Under the pieces are notes generated by a model that saw nothing but the letters and a program-made list of their open reading frames with translations, ran no database searches and was not told the DNA's origin. A stretch of 63,821 nucleotides of DNA, filler included, from Octopus bimaculoides (taxonomy: Eukaryota), in the NCBI RefSeq assembly GCF_001194135.2. It is 7 parts of 7 records of this genome, joined end to end, with 100 filler letters (N's around TTAATTAATTAA, not from the genome) between each part and the next. Parts side by side here need not be neighbours in the genome. Positions count along the whole stretch, not along the records: positions 1 to 20,802 come from NC_068982.1; 6 more parts are not named here. One strand, 5' to 3'. The position numbers were made by a program, and so were the translations under genes. Shown in pieces: positions 1 to 11,275 of the stretch (position 1 is the first letter of the stretch; each line of letters starts with the position of its first letter).

Positions 1-1072
1 CACAAAGCTGGAGCTTTTCTACAGAGTCTCATAAATTATTGTTCAAAATATTTTGGTACATCTCTGCATTCATTCTACCATCTATCACATGTAAATTGCC
101 AGTGCCATTTGCAGAGAAACACCCCTACACAATGATGTTGCCACCTCTAAACTTTACAGTAGGAATTGTGTTTTTTGGCGAATAGGTGGTACCATCTTTC
201 CTCCAAACATGGCTATGCGAATTTTGTCCAAACAATTCAATTTTCGACTTGTCTGTCCAAAGAACATTTTCCCAGTATGTATCAGATTTATCTTTATGTT
301 CATAAACAAATTTTAAACGGGCATCTCTATGCCTTTTAGTCAACAGTGGAGTTTTTCTAGGAGAGCATGACTTCAGTTCATTCGTATGAAGTTCATTGCT
401 GATTGTTCATAGTGTAACACTAGTCCCTGAAGCTAACAAAGCTTCTTGCAACTCCTTTCTGGTGATCATTGCATTTTTTCGATACTTCACTTCATTTTTC
501 TGAAAGATCTAGGGGAAATCTTGCATGGTGCACCGGATCTTATTCTGTTTTCAACAGTTCCTGATTTTTTATATCTTTGAATTAATGAAGATATGGTAGA
601 AAATGGAAAAGAAAGGGTCTCTGATATTTTCCTGTAACTTTTACCTACTTTCCACTGTTCAGTAATTAAGTTTTTCACTGAATTTGTGAGTTCTTTACTT
701 TTCGCCATTATTACGACGATACTTTATGTTGTCTCAGTGCTGAATGAAGAAGTTAGCGTTTTAACACTTAAAAATGACCACTGATAAGATTATTGGAACA
801 AACGAGAAAGTTCTAGTAAAAAAAAATTAATTTCAACAGTATTTTGTGGCATAGAAACTCATAAATTTATTCTGTATGAATACTTTTTTCACCCCTAAAT
901 ATTTATAATTGTACATAAATTCATTCGTTACTATAATTTATTAGTTTCTTTTGCATATTCTTAGTTTATGCATGTGTATGCAAATATAGTATTGGTATAT
1001 CCCATTTATGTTCATTAGAAATTAAATAAATAAAGAATTTTGACGTGTACCAATATTTATTTCCCCCCACTA
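1..1072 (-). mobile_element. Tc1-family DNA transposon, 5' part (degenerate; runs off window start)
   Basis: ORFs 487-708 (MAKSKELTNSVKNLI..., paired-like HTH) and 125-343 (VLWTDKSKIELFG...TVKFRGGNIIV, first DDE Asp region). Tc1-type end GTGGGGGGAAATAAATATT (minus) at ~1052-1072 abutting (TA)n, with a similar internal repeat at ~878-900. Confidence 0.9.
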
Positions 1073-1164
1073 TATATATATATATATATATATATACATA
1101 CATACACACACACACACACACATACATATACACACATATATACACATATATATATGTACGTATT

Positions 1165-1370
1165 TGCTTCCTAGTCTAAAAAATCAGTGCATTTAAAATA
1201 TATGAATACCGTAGAAGCATCTTTCAAGTCCCCTGTGGGTGCGTCAAAAATTGGAACACTTTTTGCCTATGAATATGATAAAAACAAAAAGAAAGTCAAT
1301 TGTGTGAACATAGTCAATATATTTCATTGTTTCAAATTGCACAGTTTAAAGACACTTTAGAACTTAACAT
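1165..1370. repeat. Unclassified ~220-bp AT-rich interspersed repeat, copy 1 of 3
   Basis: Shares TATGATAAAAACAAAAAG...CATAGTCAATATATTTCATTGTTTCAAATTG with 7838-8055 and 16455-16695. Confidence 0.75.
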
Positions 1371-1536
1371 GTATACAAGTATATATATATATAAAATTAC
1401 AATTTAAGGTATCTAAGAGATACCACCATGCTGGAAACAGCAGTCAAAACTTGACTCTAAAACCACATGAAATGTTCATATAGCCCCAAGAGAGAAGATG
1501 AAGAGACAAAATGAACTGGCAAAAAATTGCTGGATA

Positions 1537-1595
1537 ATTCCAGATCCCGGATTTCTGGTTCTGCATGAGAAATGCTCTGCCTTCATCAGTGGAAT
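1537..1595 (-). ncRNA. Type I hammerhead ribozyme-like motif
   Basis: Minus strand reads ATTCCA-CTGATGA-(27 nt)-GAAA-TCCGGGA-TC-TGGAAT: intact core, 6-bp stem I, palindromic stem III. Base of stem II pairs poorly. Confidence 0.6.
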
Positions 1596-1634
1596 ACACT
1601 CAGAAAAGCACATAAATACAAATATATATATATA

Positions 1635-1852
1635 CAACATACGATATACTTACATATCCGAACGTATACATACATATATATATGCACATATGCACACGAC
1701 CAGTTTAAATTGCCCGCATAAAAACTCCTCGTGCAGTGATATTCTGACCATATCGCATGAGGAGTTTTTAGGCAGGCAGTTTAAACTGGTTGTGTGCATA
1801 CGTGCATATATATGTATGTATACATTCGGATATGTAAGTATATCGTATGTTG
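1635..1852. repeat. Foldback/MITE-like imperfect palindrome (~105-bp arms)
   Basis: CAACATACGATATACTTACATATCCGAA...CAGTTTAAATTGCC...AAAAACTCCTC is mirrored by GAGGAGTTTTT...GGCAGTTTAAACTG...TTCGGATATGTAAGTATATCGTATGTTG; flanked by (TA)n. Confidence 0.8.
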
Positions 1853-2278
1853 CATATATATATATNNNNNNNNNNNNNNNNNNNNNNNNNNNNNNNNNNN
1901 NNNNNNNNNNNNNNNNNNNNNNNNNNNNNNNNNNNNNNNNNNNNNNNNNNNNNNNNNNNNNNNNNNNNNNNNNNNNNNNNNNNNNNNNNNNNNNNNNNNN
2001 NNNNNNNNNNNNNNNNNNNNNNNNNNNNNNNNNNNNNNNNNNNNNNNNNNNNNNNNNNNNNNNNNNNNNNNNNNNNNNNNNNNNNNNNNNNNNNNNNNNN
2101 NNNNNNNNNNNNNNNNNNNNNNNNNNNNNNNNNNNNNNNNNNNNNNNNNNNNNNNNNNNNNNNNNNNNNNNNNNNNNNNNNNNNNNNNNNNNNNNNNNNN
2201 NNNNNNNNNNNNNNNNNNNNNNNNNNNNNNNNNNNNNNNNNNNNNNNNNNNNNNNNNNNNNNNNNNNNNNNNNNNNNN

Positions 2279-2469
2279 GGTGACACGTAAAAGCACCCAC
2301 TACACTCTCTGAGTGGTTGGCGTTAGGAAGGGCATCCAGCTGTAGAAACTCTGCCAAATCAGACTGGAGCCTGGTGTTGCCATCCGGTTTCACCAGTCCT
2401 CAGTCAAATCGTCCAACCCATGCTAAAATGGAAAGCGGACGTTAAACGATGATGATGATGATGATGATG
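2279..2469 (+). mobile_element. LINE 3' tail fragment (probably RTE-type) ending in (GAT)n
   Basis: GTGGTTGGCGTTAGGAAGGGCATCCAGCTGTAGAAAC...GGACGTTAAACGATGATGATG; near-identical copies at 13378-13631 and 18258-18495, and a related tail ends the RTE RT remnant at ~10020-10210. Confidence 0.75.
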
Positions 2470-2515
2470 ATATATATATATATATATATCTGTAAAAATA
2501 TGTGACACTTATTCG

Positions 2516-2590
2516 GTAGCCATGATAAAACTCCGAGTTTCGGATGCCGGGGTGGGAACCCACACCACCATCTCTTCAGTTATCCGGCCA
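2516..2590 (-). ncRNA. Type I hammerhead ribozyme in Penelope pLTR
   Basis: Minus strand: GGATAA-CTGAAGA-GATG...CATCC-GAAA-CTCGGAG-TT-TTATC. Stem I GATAA/TTATC, stem II GATG/CATC, stem III ACT/AGT, GUU cleavage triplet. Confidence 0.75.
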
Positions 2591-3913
2591 TTGAAAATTC
2601 CTAAAATTTCGTAAGTCTTTCAACACTTTCCAACAGAAACTGAAAAATATCAATTACATAAAAAGTTCCAAACAAAAGGCACTTTTTTCTTATAAAGCCA
2701 AGAATTTATACCTAGTAGAAAACAGTACATTTTTACGACTTCTACATAACAGCATCATCAATAATTACACCAAGGCTAGGCCACAAACCCATAACGAAAT
2801 TAATAATGAAGCTAGCAATATCACCGCCAGACTCAAATTAGATAAAAAAATAGAGGTCCTCCCCCCAAAAGAGGCCTTTATAACTATCAAAGACCATAAA
2901 AAGAACTTCCTATCTAATCCTAAGTGTAGGCTTATTAACCCAGCTAAATCAGAAATTGGTATTATTAGTAAAGAAATTTTAGGGAAAATCAATGCGGAAG
3001 TCAGGAATGCCACTAGGTTAGTACAATGGTCAAATAGTATAGAAATCGTCGACTGGTTTAAAGCTATTAAGGATAAGAATAAAGTGAGATTCACGCAGTT
3101 CGATATTGTCGATTTTTATGTCTCTATCTCTAAAGAACTGCTAGAGAAAGCCCTTACCTTCGCAAGTGAATTCATAGAAATCAGTACACAGGATAAGGAC
3201 ATAATCTTCCATGCTAGAAAGACTTTACTCTTCAGCAAGAACGCAGAGTGGGTCAAGACTACCGATACAGAGGGTGCTTTCGATGTGAGCATGAGGTCAT
3301 ATGATGGAGCAGGCATATGCAATCTTATTGGACTATTCCTACTTGATACGTTGGGTAAGACTTTTCCTGACATACACTTCGCAATTTACAAAGATGATGC
3401 CCTAGCTTTAACCGCTAATACCAATGGACCAGCACAGGATCGGTTTAGGAAGGATATTATCCATTTGATGAAAACCTTCGGCCTTAGCATAACTACAGAT
3501 ACCAACCTGATGGTTGTCAACTACCTTGATGTGTCCCTAGATCTAAATAAGAATATTTATAAACCTTATAGAAGCTCAATGTTAGACTTAGTTATATCAA
3601 TGTGGGTTCCTGCCATCCCCTCATAGTGTTTAAAAATTTAGTTAAAAACATTAGTAAAAGAATCTCTAGCTTCTCCTCTGATAGGGACATTTTTAATAAC
3701 GTTGCTCCAGTATATAATAAGGCTCTAAAAGATAGTGGTTTTAACGAGGAAATAACCAGTCACCAGTCCAGTAGTAAAGAAAAGAAAACATAGAAATAGG
3801 AAAACTATCTGGTTCACACACCCCTACTCACCCGAAGTGACCTTTAATATAGGCAAGTACTTCTTGGCACTGATATACAGACACTTTCCAATCAACCATA
3901 GTTATAGAAAGAT

Positions 3914-4490
3914 CGGATCTTTTTTAAAACGGGGGCCACAATTTTCATTAACGAAACACTTTGAAACTTGGAACACTGGTAGAATGTGTCATATAAAACA
4001 TCTTTTTCTCTTAGTCTTCTTAAAAAAAAAAAGAAATCCATAAGTTTTTCCATGTTAAAGTTGTCGTATTTCTGTAATTTCAACCAATCACTGACGTCCA
4101 TTCAGCCGATATACATTAAGTGCCGACTACATAAACAAACGATTCTGAAACAATTAACCCTAACCCTAACCGTAGGGTTAGGGTTAGGGTTAGGGTTAAA
4201 GCAAATTTAAAATGAAAAAAGCAAATAAAACGAAGGTATGGAGATTAAATACGCTTTACATCGCTTAATCAGCCAAAGGAGTAAATGTAAACAACTGAAT
4301 ACTTGTCAGTGATTGGTTGAAATTATCGAAATAAGACAATTTTTTACATGAAATAAATTCGAATACAAAAATATTTTTCTGTTCTATAACACAAAATCGA
4401 TAAGTATACGAAGTTTGAAAGTCTTTCCGTACCAAAAACACTACGTAAAACATTAATGAAAAATGTGGTCCCCGTTTTAAAATAGATCCG
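3914..4490. mobile_element. 577-bp MITE with ~38-bp TIRs and 6-bp TSD (AAAGAT), inserted in the Penelope ORF
   Basis: TIRs CGGATCTTTTTTAAAACGGGGGCCACAATTTTCATTAA / TTAATGAAAAATGTGGTCCCCGTTTTAAAATAGATCCG; AAAGAT at 3908-3913 and 4491-4496. Removing the insert and one TSD restores HSYRKIFNRHNLKIS. Confidence 0.9.
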
Positions 4491-4845
4491 AAAGATCTTC
4501 AACAGACATAACTTAAAAATCAGTTTCAGCTCAACTGCTAATTTTAAAAATATAATCGCACGCAACACACAAAAGCCACAATATGAAACCAGCTGTTCAT
4601 GCAGAGATAAAAATTTGTGCCCGCTATATGGAGCTTGCATGTCCGAAACCACCATTTATGAGGCCACTGTGGACTCTATATCCACTAAGGACACAGTTTC
4701 GACGAAGAAATACGTGGGCCTTACGGAGGGTAATTTCAAGGCCAGATTCAATAATCACACCTTGAGCTTCAGACACTGGGACAAAAGGAAAACAATCAAA
4801 TTATCCAGTCGTATATGGTCCTTAAAAGATTCACAGGAATTTTCA

Positions 4846-4921
4846 ATGGCCGGATAATTGAAGAGATGGCGGCGTGGGTTCCTACCCCGGCATCCGAAAC
4901 TCGGAGTTTTATTATGGCTAC
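4846..4921 (+). ncRNA. Second pLTR copy of the hammerhead (C3>T, probably inactive)
   Basis: GGATAA-TTGAAGA-GATG...CATCC-GAAA-CTCGGAG-TT-TTATT. Confidence 0.55.
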
Positions 4922-5019
4922 CGAATAAGTGTCACATATTTTTACAGATAAATTCCTCTATTTACATAATATTGAGGTCTCTTTCTTTCTTTTGTTGTCC
5001 TTTCTATCAATATATATAT

Positions 5020-5703
5020 TTGTCACTAAATGTGACTTGGGTGTTAAAAAGTGCCTACATTGCTAGAAATAAGAGCTAAAATGCTGTAGTTAATGCATAT
5101 GAATGAAAACATATACACTAACAGAGAACATAATTGTCTGAAAAATGCCAACCAAAAATTCTTAAGACTGACGTCAGTTTTGGCAATTTCCATAGCCTCA
5201 TCAGTTAAGCTCTCTCAATGTTCTGCTTCTTCCAGATCTGTTTCTCTATTAGAATTTATGTTTTCGTCATCCAAATTAATGGATGATTTAATGATTCACT
5301 AATGTGTATACACAAAATTAATATAAACAGCAGGTTGCAATGTTTCACCAAAAAGAATTATAATTGTCACTAAATGTGACTAGAATGTTTAAAAACACCT
5401 ACATTGCTAGAAATAAGAGATAAAATGCTCTAATTCTGCAGTTAATGCACATGAATGGAAATATATACACTAACAGGGACCATAATTGTGCAAAAATTGT
5501 CAACTGAGAGTTCTTAGGATTGACATCACTTTCAGCAATTTCCGTTTCCTCATCAGTTAAGCCCACTTGGTGTTCGACTTCTTCTAGACCCGTTTCTCTA
5601 TAAGTATTTATGTTTTCATCATCCAAATTAATGGATGATTTAGTGATTCACTAATGTGTATACACATTAGTGAATCCTTTTTGGTGAAACATTTCAGCAT
5701 GCT

Positions 5704-5709
<6 letters not shown>
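5020..5709. repeat. Two diverged tandem ~340-390-bp units, MITE-like
   Basis: TTGTCACTAAATGTGACT...GATTCACTAATGTGTATACAC is repeated at ~5020-5312 and ~5364-5664. The second unit is bracketed by an inverted pair (5321-5358 / 5672-5709). Confidence 0.75.
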
Positions 5710-5743
<34 letters not shown>

Positions 5744-7133
5744 NNNNNNNNNNNNNNNNNNNNNNNNNNNNNNNNNNNNNNNNNNNNNNNNNNNNNNNNN
5801 NNNNNNNNNNNNNNNNNNNNNNNNNNNNNNNNNNNNNNNNNNNNNNNNNNNNNNNNNNNNNNNNNNNNNNNNNNNNNNNNNNNNNNNNNNNNNNNNNNNN
5901 NNNNNNNNNNNNNNNNNNNNNNNNNNNNNNNNNNNNNNNNNNNNNNNNNNNNNNNNNNNNNNNNNNNNNNNNNNNNNNNNNNNNNNNNNNNNNNNNNNNN
6001 NNNNNNNNNNNNNNNNNNNNNNNNNNNNNNNNNNNNNNNNNNNNNNNNNNNNNNNNNNNNNNNNNNNNNNNNNNNNNNNNNNNNNNNNNNNNNNNNNNNN
6101 NNNNNNNNNNNNNNNNNNNNNNNNNNNNNNNNNNNNNNNNNNNNNNNNNNNNNNNNNNNNNNNNNNNNNNNNNNNNNNNNNNNNNNNNNNNNNNNNNNNN
6201 NNNNNNNNNNNNNNNNNNNNNNNNNNNNNNNNNNNNNNNNNNNNNNNNNNNNNNNNNNNNNNNNNNNNNNNNNNNNNNNNNNNNNNNNNNNNNNNNNNNN
6301 NNNNNNNNNNNNNNNNNNNNNNNNNNNNNNNNNNNNNNNNNNNNNNNNNNNNNNNNNNNNNNNNNNNNNNNNNNNNNNNNNNNNNNNNNNNNNNNNNNNN
6401 NNNNNNNNNNNNNNNNNNNNNNNNNNNNNNNNNNNNNNNNNNNNNNNNNNNNNNNNNNNNNNNNNNNNNNNNNNNNNNNNNNNNNNNNNNNNNNNNNNNN
6501 NNNNNNNNNNNNNNNNNNNNNNNNNNNNNNNNNNNNNNNNNNNNNNNNNNNNNNNNNNNNNNNNNTATATATATTCAAATATGAATGAGAAGCAGCACAA
6601 GTAATGTAAACATCAGCAAACACACATACAGAATGTGTGAACTTTGCTTGCTCACCGGTCAGTTACAATTTAATGCAGAGAAGGTGACTCTCTCAGAGCA
6701 CCAGGTGTTAAAATGACAGTCATAGACAGGCAAGACAAGTAACCACAAGTCCCATTCGGCAGCAATGGACATCAATGTTTTCCATTTTTAGGGTTTATGA
6801 ACATCATCTACCTGAACCGAACTGGAGGCAAGTCGAATCACCTGACGATATGTAAAAGCCATCTGCTGGTGTGCCCAAGCGATTGCCAAGTTGTAGTCAA
6901 GAGATTGGAAAAGGCCACTTAGAGGACCACCATGGCAACAGGACAGCAAGATGGACAATAATGGTCTAATCAAGACAGAACTGAAAGTGCATTATACCAG
7001 CAGTGCATAACAATATCCAATATTCTTATCAACACAGATGACACATGTGATAAATGATACACTCTACATATATATTAAGTCCTTTATTTGCATAATGAAA
7101 GCATGCTTTAGAATATATATATATATATATATA

Positions 7134-7546
7134 TTCTTTTACTTTTTTACTTGTTTCAATCATTTGACTGTGGCCATGCTGGAGCACCGCCTTTAGTCGA
7201 GCAAATTGACCCCAGGACTTATTCTTTGTAAGCCTAGTACTTATTCTATTGGTCTCTTTTGCTGAACTGCTAATTTACGGGGATGTAAACACACCAGCAT
7301 CGGTTGTCAAGTGATGTTGGGGTGACAAACACAGACACACAAACATATACACACACATGCATATATATATATACATATATACGACGGGCTTCTTTCAGTT
7401 TCCGTCTACCAAATCTACTCACAAAGGCTTTGGTTGGCCCAAGGCTATAGTAGAAGACACTTGCCCAAGGTGCCACGCAGTGGGACTGAACCCGGAACCA
7501 TGTAGTTCATAAGCAAGCTACTTACCACACAGCACAGCCACTCCTA
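7134..7546 (-). mobile_element. tRNA-derived SINE (family A, CORE-like body)
   Basis: Minus-strand head GGAGTGGCTGTG...TGGTAAGTAGCTTGC...GGTTCAGTCCC (A/B boxes) then GGCACCTTGGGCAAGTGTCTTCTAC; other copies at 8892, 40899 and 61430. Confidence 0.85.
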
Positions 7547-7837
7547 TATATATATACATACGTAAATGTCGAATGATGAAACTGAGTGCTCAGCACTATA
7601 TTGGTGGATATCATTTCTTTATTTGTGAATTAAGGCTACCATTGGTTTCATGTTAAGAAAAGTAGGATAATATCCAAGGGTCTTAACAATTTTTCAAGCT
7701 GATCACATGGAGAAAGGTGTTCACCTCCATGTTTTCCAAAATGAAGGCAAACACCTTTCTATATGTGATTGGTTTGAAAAATTGTTAAGACACTTTTCTT
7801 AACATGAAACCAAATATATACATATACATATATATAT

Positions 7838-8055
7838 GTATCAAAACATCTAAAGCATATGAATACCGTAGAAGAACTTTTCGCGTCCATTGTGAATGTT
7901 TCAAAAGCTGGAGTACTTCTTATCTATAAGTATGATAAAAACAAAAAGTCACTTGTATGAGCATAGTCAATATATTTCATTGTTTCAAATTGTACAATTT
8001 AAACACACTTCAAAACTTGAAATGTTTTGGAGTTGTTAAAATAATCAGTGCATGC
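7838..8055. repeat. Unclassified AT-rich repeat, copy 2 of 3
   Basis: Similar to 1165-1370 and 16455-16695. Confidence 0.7.
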
Positions 8056-8415
8056 ATGAATGCATGTGTGAGTGTGTGTGTGTGTGTGAGTGTATGTGTG
8101 TGTGTATGTGTGTGTGTGTGTGTATACATGTGTGTGTGTGTGCATATTTTACAGGTATGCTAGGTAGATGATCCGGTCTATGATGATGGTGATGATGGTG
8201 ACGATGGTGTTGATAACATAGGATTAATTTGTTTGTCCATCTCTCTCACATACCTTTGGTGGTGGTGGTGGTGGTGATGATGATGATGATGATGATGATG
8301 ATAATGATGATAATGATAGCAAAATGGCAGGTAGTTTCTCTCAAAATTCTCACGGTGATGCTGATAATGAAGGATTAATTAGGTTGTCCAAGTCTATCGC
8401 ATATATTCAGTGATT

Positions 8416-8446
<31 letters not shown>

Positions 8447-8447
<1 letters not shown>

Positions 8448-10211
8448 GTCTGAGGAAACTAGGAATAGATGAATGGCTTGTGAAAGCAGAATAGGCCATG
8501 CACAGGGGTACTGTTAATAAAGTAAGAATTTAGTGTACAGGTAGGTGTTCACCAAGGAGTGATCCTCAACCTCCACCTATTCCTCATTGTCCTTCAAGCC
8601 ATAACAGAGAAAAAAATTTAAAACTGGAAGCCCATAGAAACTACTATATGCTGATGATCTCACCCTCATAGCAGAATCTGTAACAGAATTAGAAAAGAAA
8701 TTGCAGGTGTGGAAACAGAACCTAGAATCGAAGAGTCTTAAAACCAGCATACCAAAGACCAAGTTCCTAGTAAGCAAGAAATTGGAAAGACCCTGCTTGA
8801 CATGTAGGAAGGGTGTAGGCAGAAATTCCATTCAGTGTACCCAGTGCAAGCTATGGACACACAAGAGGTGCTGAGGAATAGTAGGAATAACAGGTGTAGA
8901 TGTGGCTGTGTGGTAAGAACGTCGCTTCTCAACACATTGTTCCGAGTTCAGTTCCACTGCATGGCACCTTGGGCAAGTATCTTTTACTATATCTTTGGGC
9001 TGACCAAAGCCTTGTGAGTGGATTTGGTTGACAGAAACTGAAAGAAGCCCATCATATATATATATGTATATGTGTGCATGTGTGTATAAGTGCACATATC
9101 TGTGTGTGTGTGTGTGTGTGTGTGTGTCTTTGTGTCTGTGTTTGTTCCTCCATCACAGCTTGACAAGTGGTGTTGGTGCGTTTAGGTTCCTGTAACTTAG
9201 TGGTTCAACAAAACAGACTGATAGAATAAGCACTAAGCTTAAATAAAATAATTCTTGGGGTCAATTTGTTCAACTAAGACCGTTGAAGGTGGTGCTCTAG
9301 CATGGACACAGTCTGAAATGAGTAAAAGAATAAAGAGAAGATAGTGTTTGTATATGGAAGATGTGTGGGTGTCATAAAGATCACAGATACAAGGTAGATT
9401 GATTTCCTCAAATGTCCTGGTGGCTCCTTGGAAGTTGTAGATAATTTTTGCAACCTAATTAGCAGTGGAGGAGATTGTACAGAAAATGTAATTGCTAGAA
9501 TAAGAATAGGATGGAGCAGATTCAGAGAGCTTTTACCTCTGTTGGCAACCAAAGTCCCTCTCTCCAAGTGAAGGGAAGATTGTATGATGCATGTGTACAA
9601 ACTGCAATCCTGCATGGTAGTGAGACATGAGCCCTGAATGAGGAGGACATGCTAAGGCTGGAGGGGAATGAAACTGGTATGCTCCACAAGATGTGTGATG
9701 TCAGTGTGCATGTGTCAAAGGAATAAAGGCAGTGTGCAAGAGAGAATACTACACTGGTATAGTCATGTGATGCAAATGGATGAGAGCAATGGCATTAAAA
9801 AGTGCCGATCCCTTAAAGTAGAGGGAAGCTGTAGAAGAGGGAGACTCAGGAAGACATAAGATGAATTACTGAAGGCTGATCTCAAAACACTGAGCCTTAC
9901 AAAGGAGATGACAGATGGCTGAGATATGTGGAACATTGGTGCACTCAAGAAGATCCACCCACCACAAAAGAATAGAGATTCTAAAATCAAGGTGCCACAT
10001 AAAAAGCATTCAGTACACTCTGTAAAGTGGTTGGCATTAGGAAGGGCATCCAGCCATAGAAACTGTGCCAAAACAGAATATGGAAGCTGCTGTGACCCCT
10101 GGCCTTGCTAGTTCTCATCAAGTCGCCCTATCCATGCCAACATAGAAAACAGACATTAAATGTTGATGATGATGACGATTATGATGATGATGACGATGAT
10201 GATGATGATGA
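8447..10211 (+). mobile_element. RTE-clade LINE remnant (RT through 3' tail), split by a SINE
   Basis: Manual translation: LRKLGIDEWLVKA...VQVGVHQG...KLLYADDLTLIAES; later IARIRIGWSRFRELLPLL, AILHGSET, EGSCRRGRLRKT; (GAT)n tail. Confidence 0.85.
8892..9338 (+). mobile_element. Family A SINE inserted in the RTE remnant
   Basis: GTGGCTGTGTGGTAAG...GGCACCTTGGGCAAGT...GTAAAAGAATAAAG. Confidence 0.8.
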
Positions 10212-10329
10212 TATATACACTAACACATTTATGTATGTATGTATGTCTATGTATATGTATGCATGTTCAAAAACAATATATTTCATACAATCTTTTGAAA
10301 AAGGTATATAATACTGTATCATAGTTTCT

Positions 10330-11020
10330 TGGAGCATCTGGTGATGCCATATCTCAACATGTATTCCTGGGGTGGGGGTTGGAGGGTCGTTGTGGGTTGC
10401 TATCTGGAAATCCAGGTACTCCATGCATGCTAATTAAACTGTGGTACTGAATTATAGTTATTGTAATGGGTGAATGTGCATTTCTTAGCATGCATACAAC
10501 GTGCTATCCTTTCAAATAGCTTGTTAATAATCCTTTCTCTTGTTAGTAAAATAGATAGTGATTCCTCTGAGCATAGTCCACATCACCAGGAAAGGGCGTT
10601 GTGTGGTTGTGCGTGCCTTATTATTGTCCAATATAGTTCATATTTAATCCTATTCGATTTTGATTCCACAGAAAGTTCGCCAATGATGTTGTGTGCCTTT
10701 TGCAGACTTTTTAGAGCTGGAGATGTGGTTGCGGTATCGATTCTTGAACTAATCAGCCATTGCACCTATGTACACATATGGGTCTCCTCTTGTGTGTACT
10801 GTGCATATATAAACAAGGTGGTGACTCATGCAGAGGTTATTCAATGAACATCTTAGTTTGTCTCTACATGGGCATTTGTTGTTGGCTGTTATTACGGACC
10901 AGCGGTTGTTCTCAGTTCGTCTCTATGTTTTTGTTGCATTTAGGTTCCTATTCCCTATGCTATTATTATGTGGTCACCCGAGGTTATTTACAATTTGGTT
11001 GCTATTATATCCCCAGTAGT
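10330..11020 (-). mobile_element. Penelope-like GIY-YIG endonuclease remnant
   Basis: Minus-strand translation CPCRDKLRCSLNNLCMSHHLVYICTVHTRGDPYVYIG...FKNRYRNHISS...CGLCSEESLSIL. Confidence 0.7.
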
Positions 11021-11047
11021 TAATATCCCAAGTAGTTAATACTAAAG

Positions 11048-11275
11048 GCGGCGAGCTGGCAGAAACGTTAGCACATCGGGCGAAATGCTTAGCTGTATTT
11101 CGTCTGCCGTTACGTTCTAGGTTCAAATTCCGCCGAGGTCGACTTTGCCTTTCATCCTTTCGGGGTCGATAAATTAAGTACCAGTTGGGGTTGATGTAAT
11201 CGACTTAATCCCTTTGTCAGTCCTTGTTTGTCTCCTCTATGTTTGGCCCCTTGTGAGCAATAAAGAAATAAGAAG
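11048..11275 (+). mobile_element. tRNA-derived SINE (family B, resembles Nin/Deu-domain SINEs)
   Basis: GGCGGCGAGCTGGCAGAAACGTTAGC...GTTCAAATTCCGCCGAGGTCGACTTTGCCTTTCATCCTTTCGGGGTCGATAAA; many copies across the window. Confidence 0.75.

Larger units (their letters stand above)
2487..4950 (+). mobile_element. Penelope-like element (RT + GIY-YIG, frameshifted) with inverted terminal pLTR copies
   Basis: RT motifs in ORF 3084-3626 (MRSYDGAGICNLIGLFLL, AIYKDDALAL); HFPINHSYRK/IFNRHNLKISFS linker; GIY-YIG remnant IYEATV...KKYVGLTEGNFKARFNNHTLSFRH (4615-4857). 2487-2601 is the reverse complement of 4836-4950. Confidence 0.92.

Noticed and set aside
2370-2405. CTGAGGA-CTGGT-GAAACCGGAT on the minus strand of the LINE tail (also 13580-13605)
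   Set aside because: Hammerhead-like words only: no stem II, no U at 16.1 and no stem I.
5185-5560. CTGATGA...GAAA on the minus strand of both tandem units
   Set aside because: No pairable stem II, stem III or stem I.
1498-6623. Long ORFs made of X residues (also at 13.5-14.3, 28.2-28.7, 33.0-33.5 and 41.6-42.3 kb)
   Set aside because: Produced by translating N gaps.
10300-10360. Possible decayed hammerhead at the 3' end of the 10.3-11.0-kb Penelope remnant
   Set aside because: GCATC/GATGC hairpin and GAAAC are present but there is no CTGANGA core.
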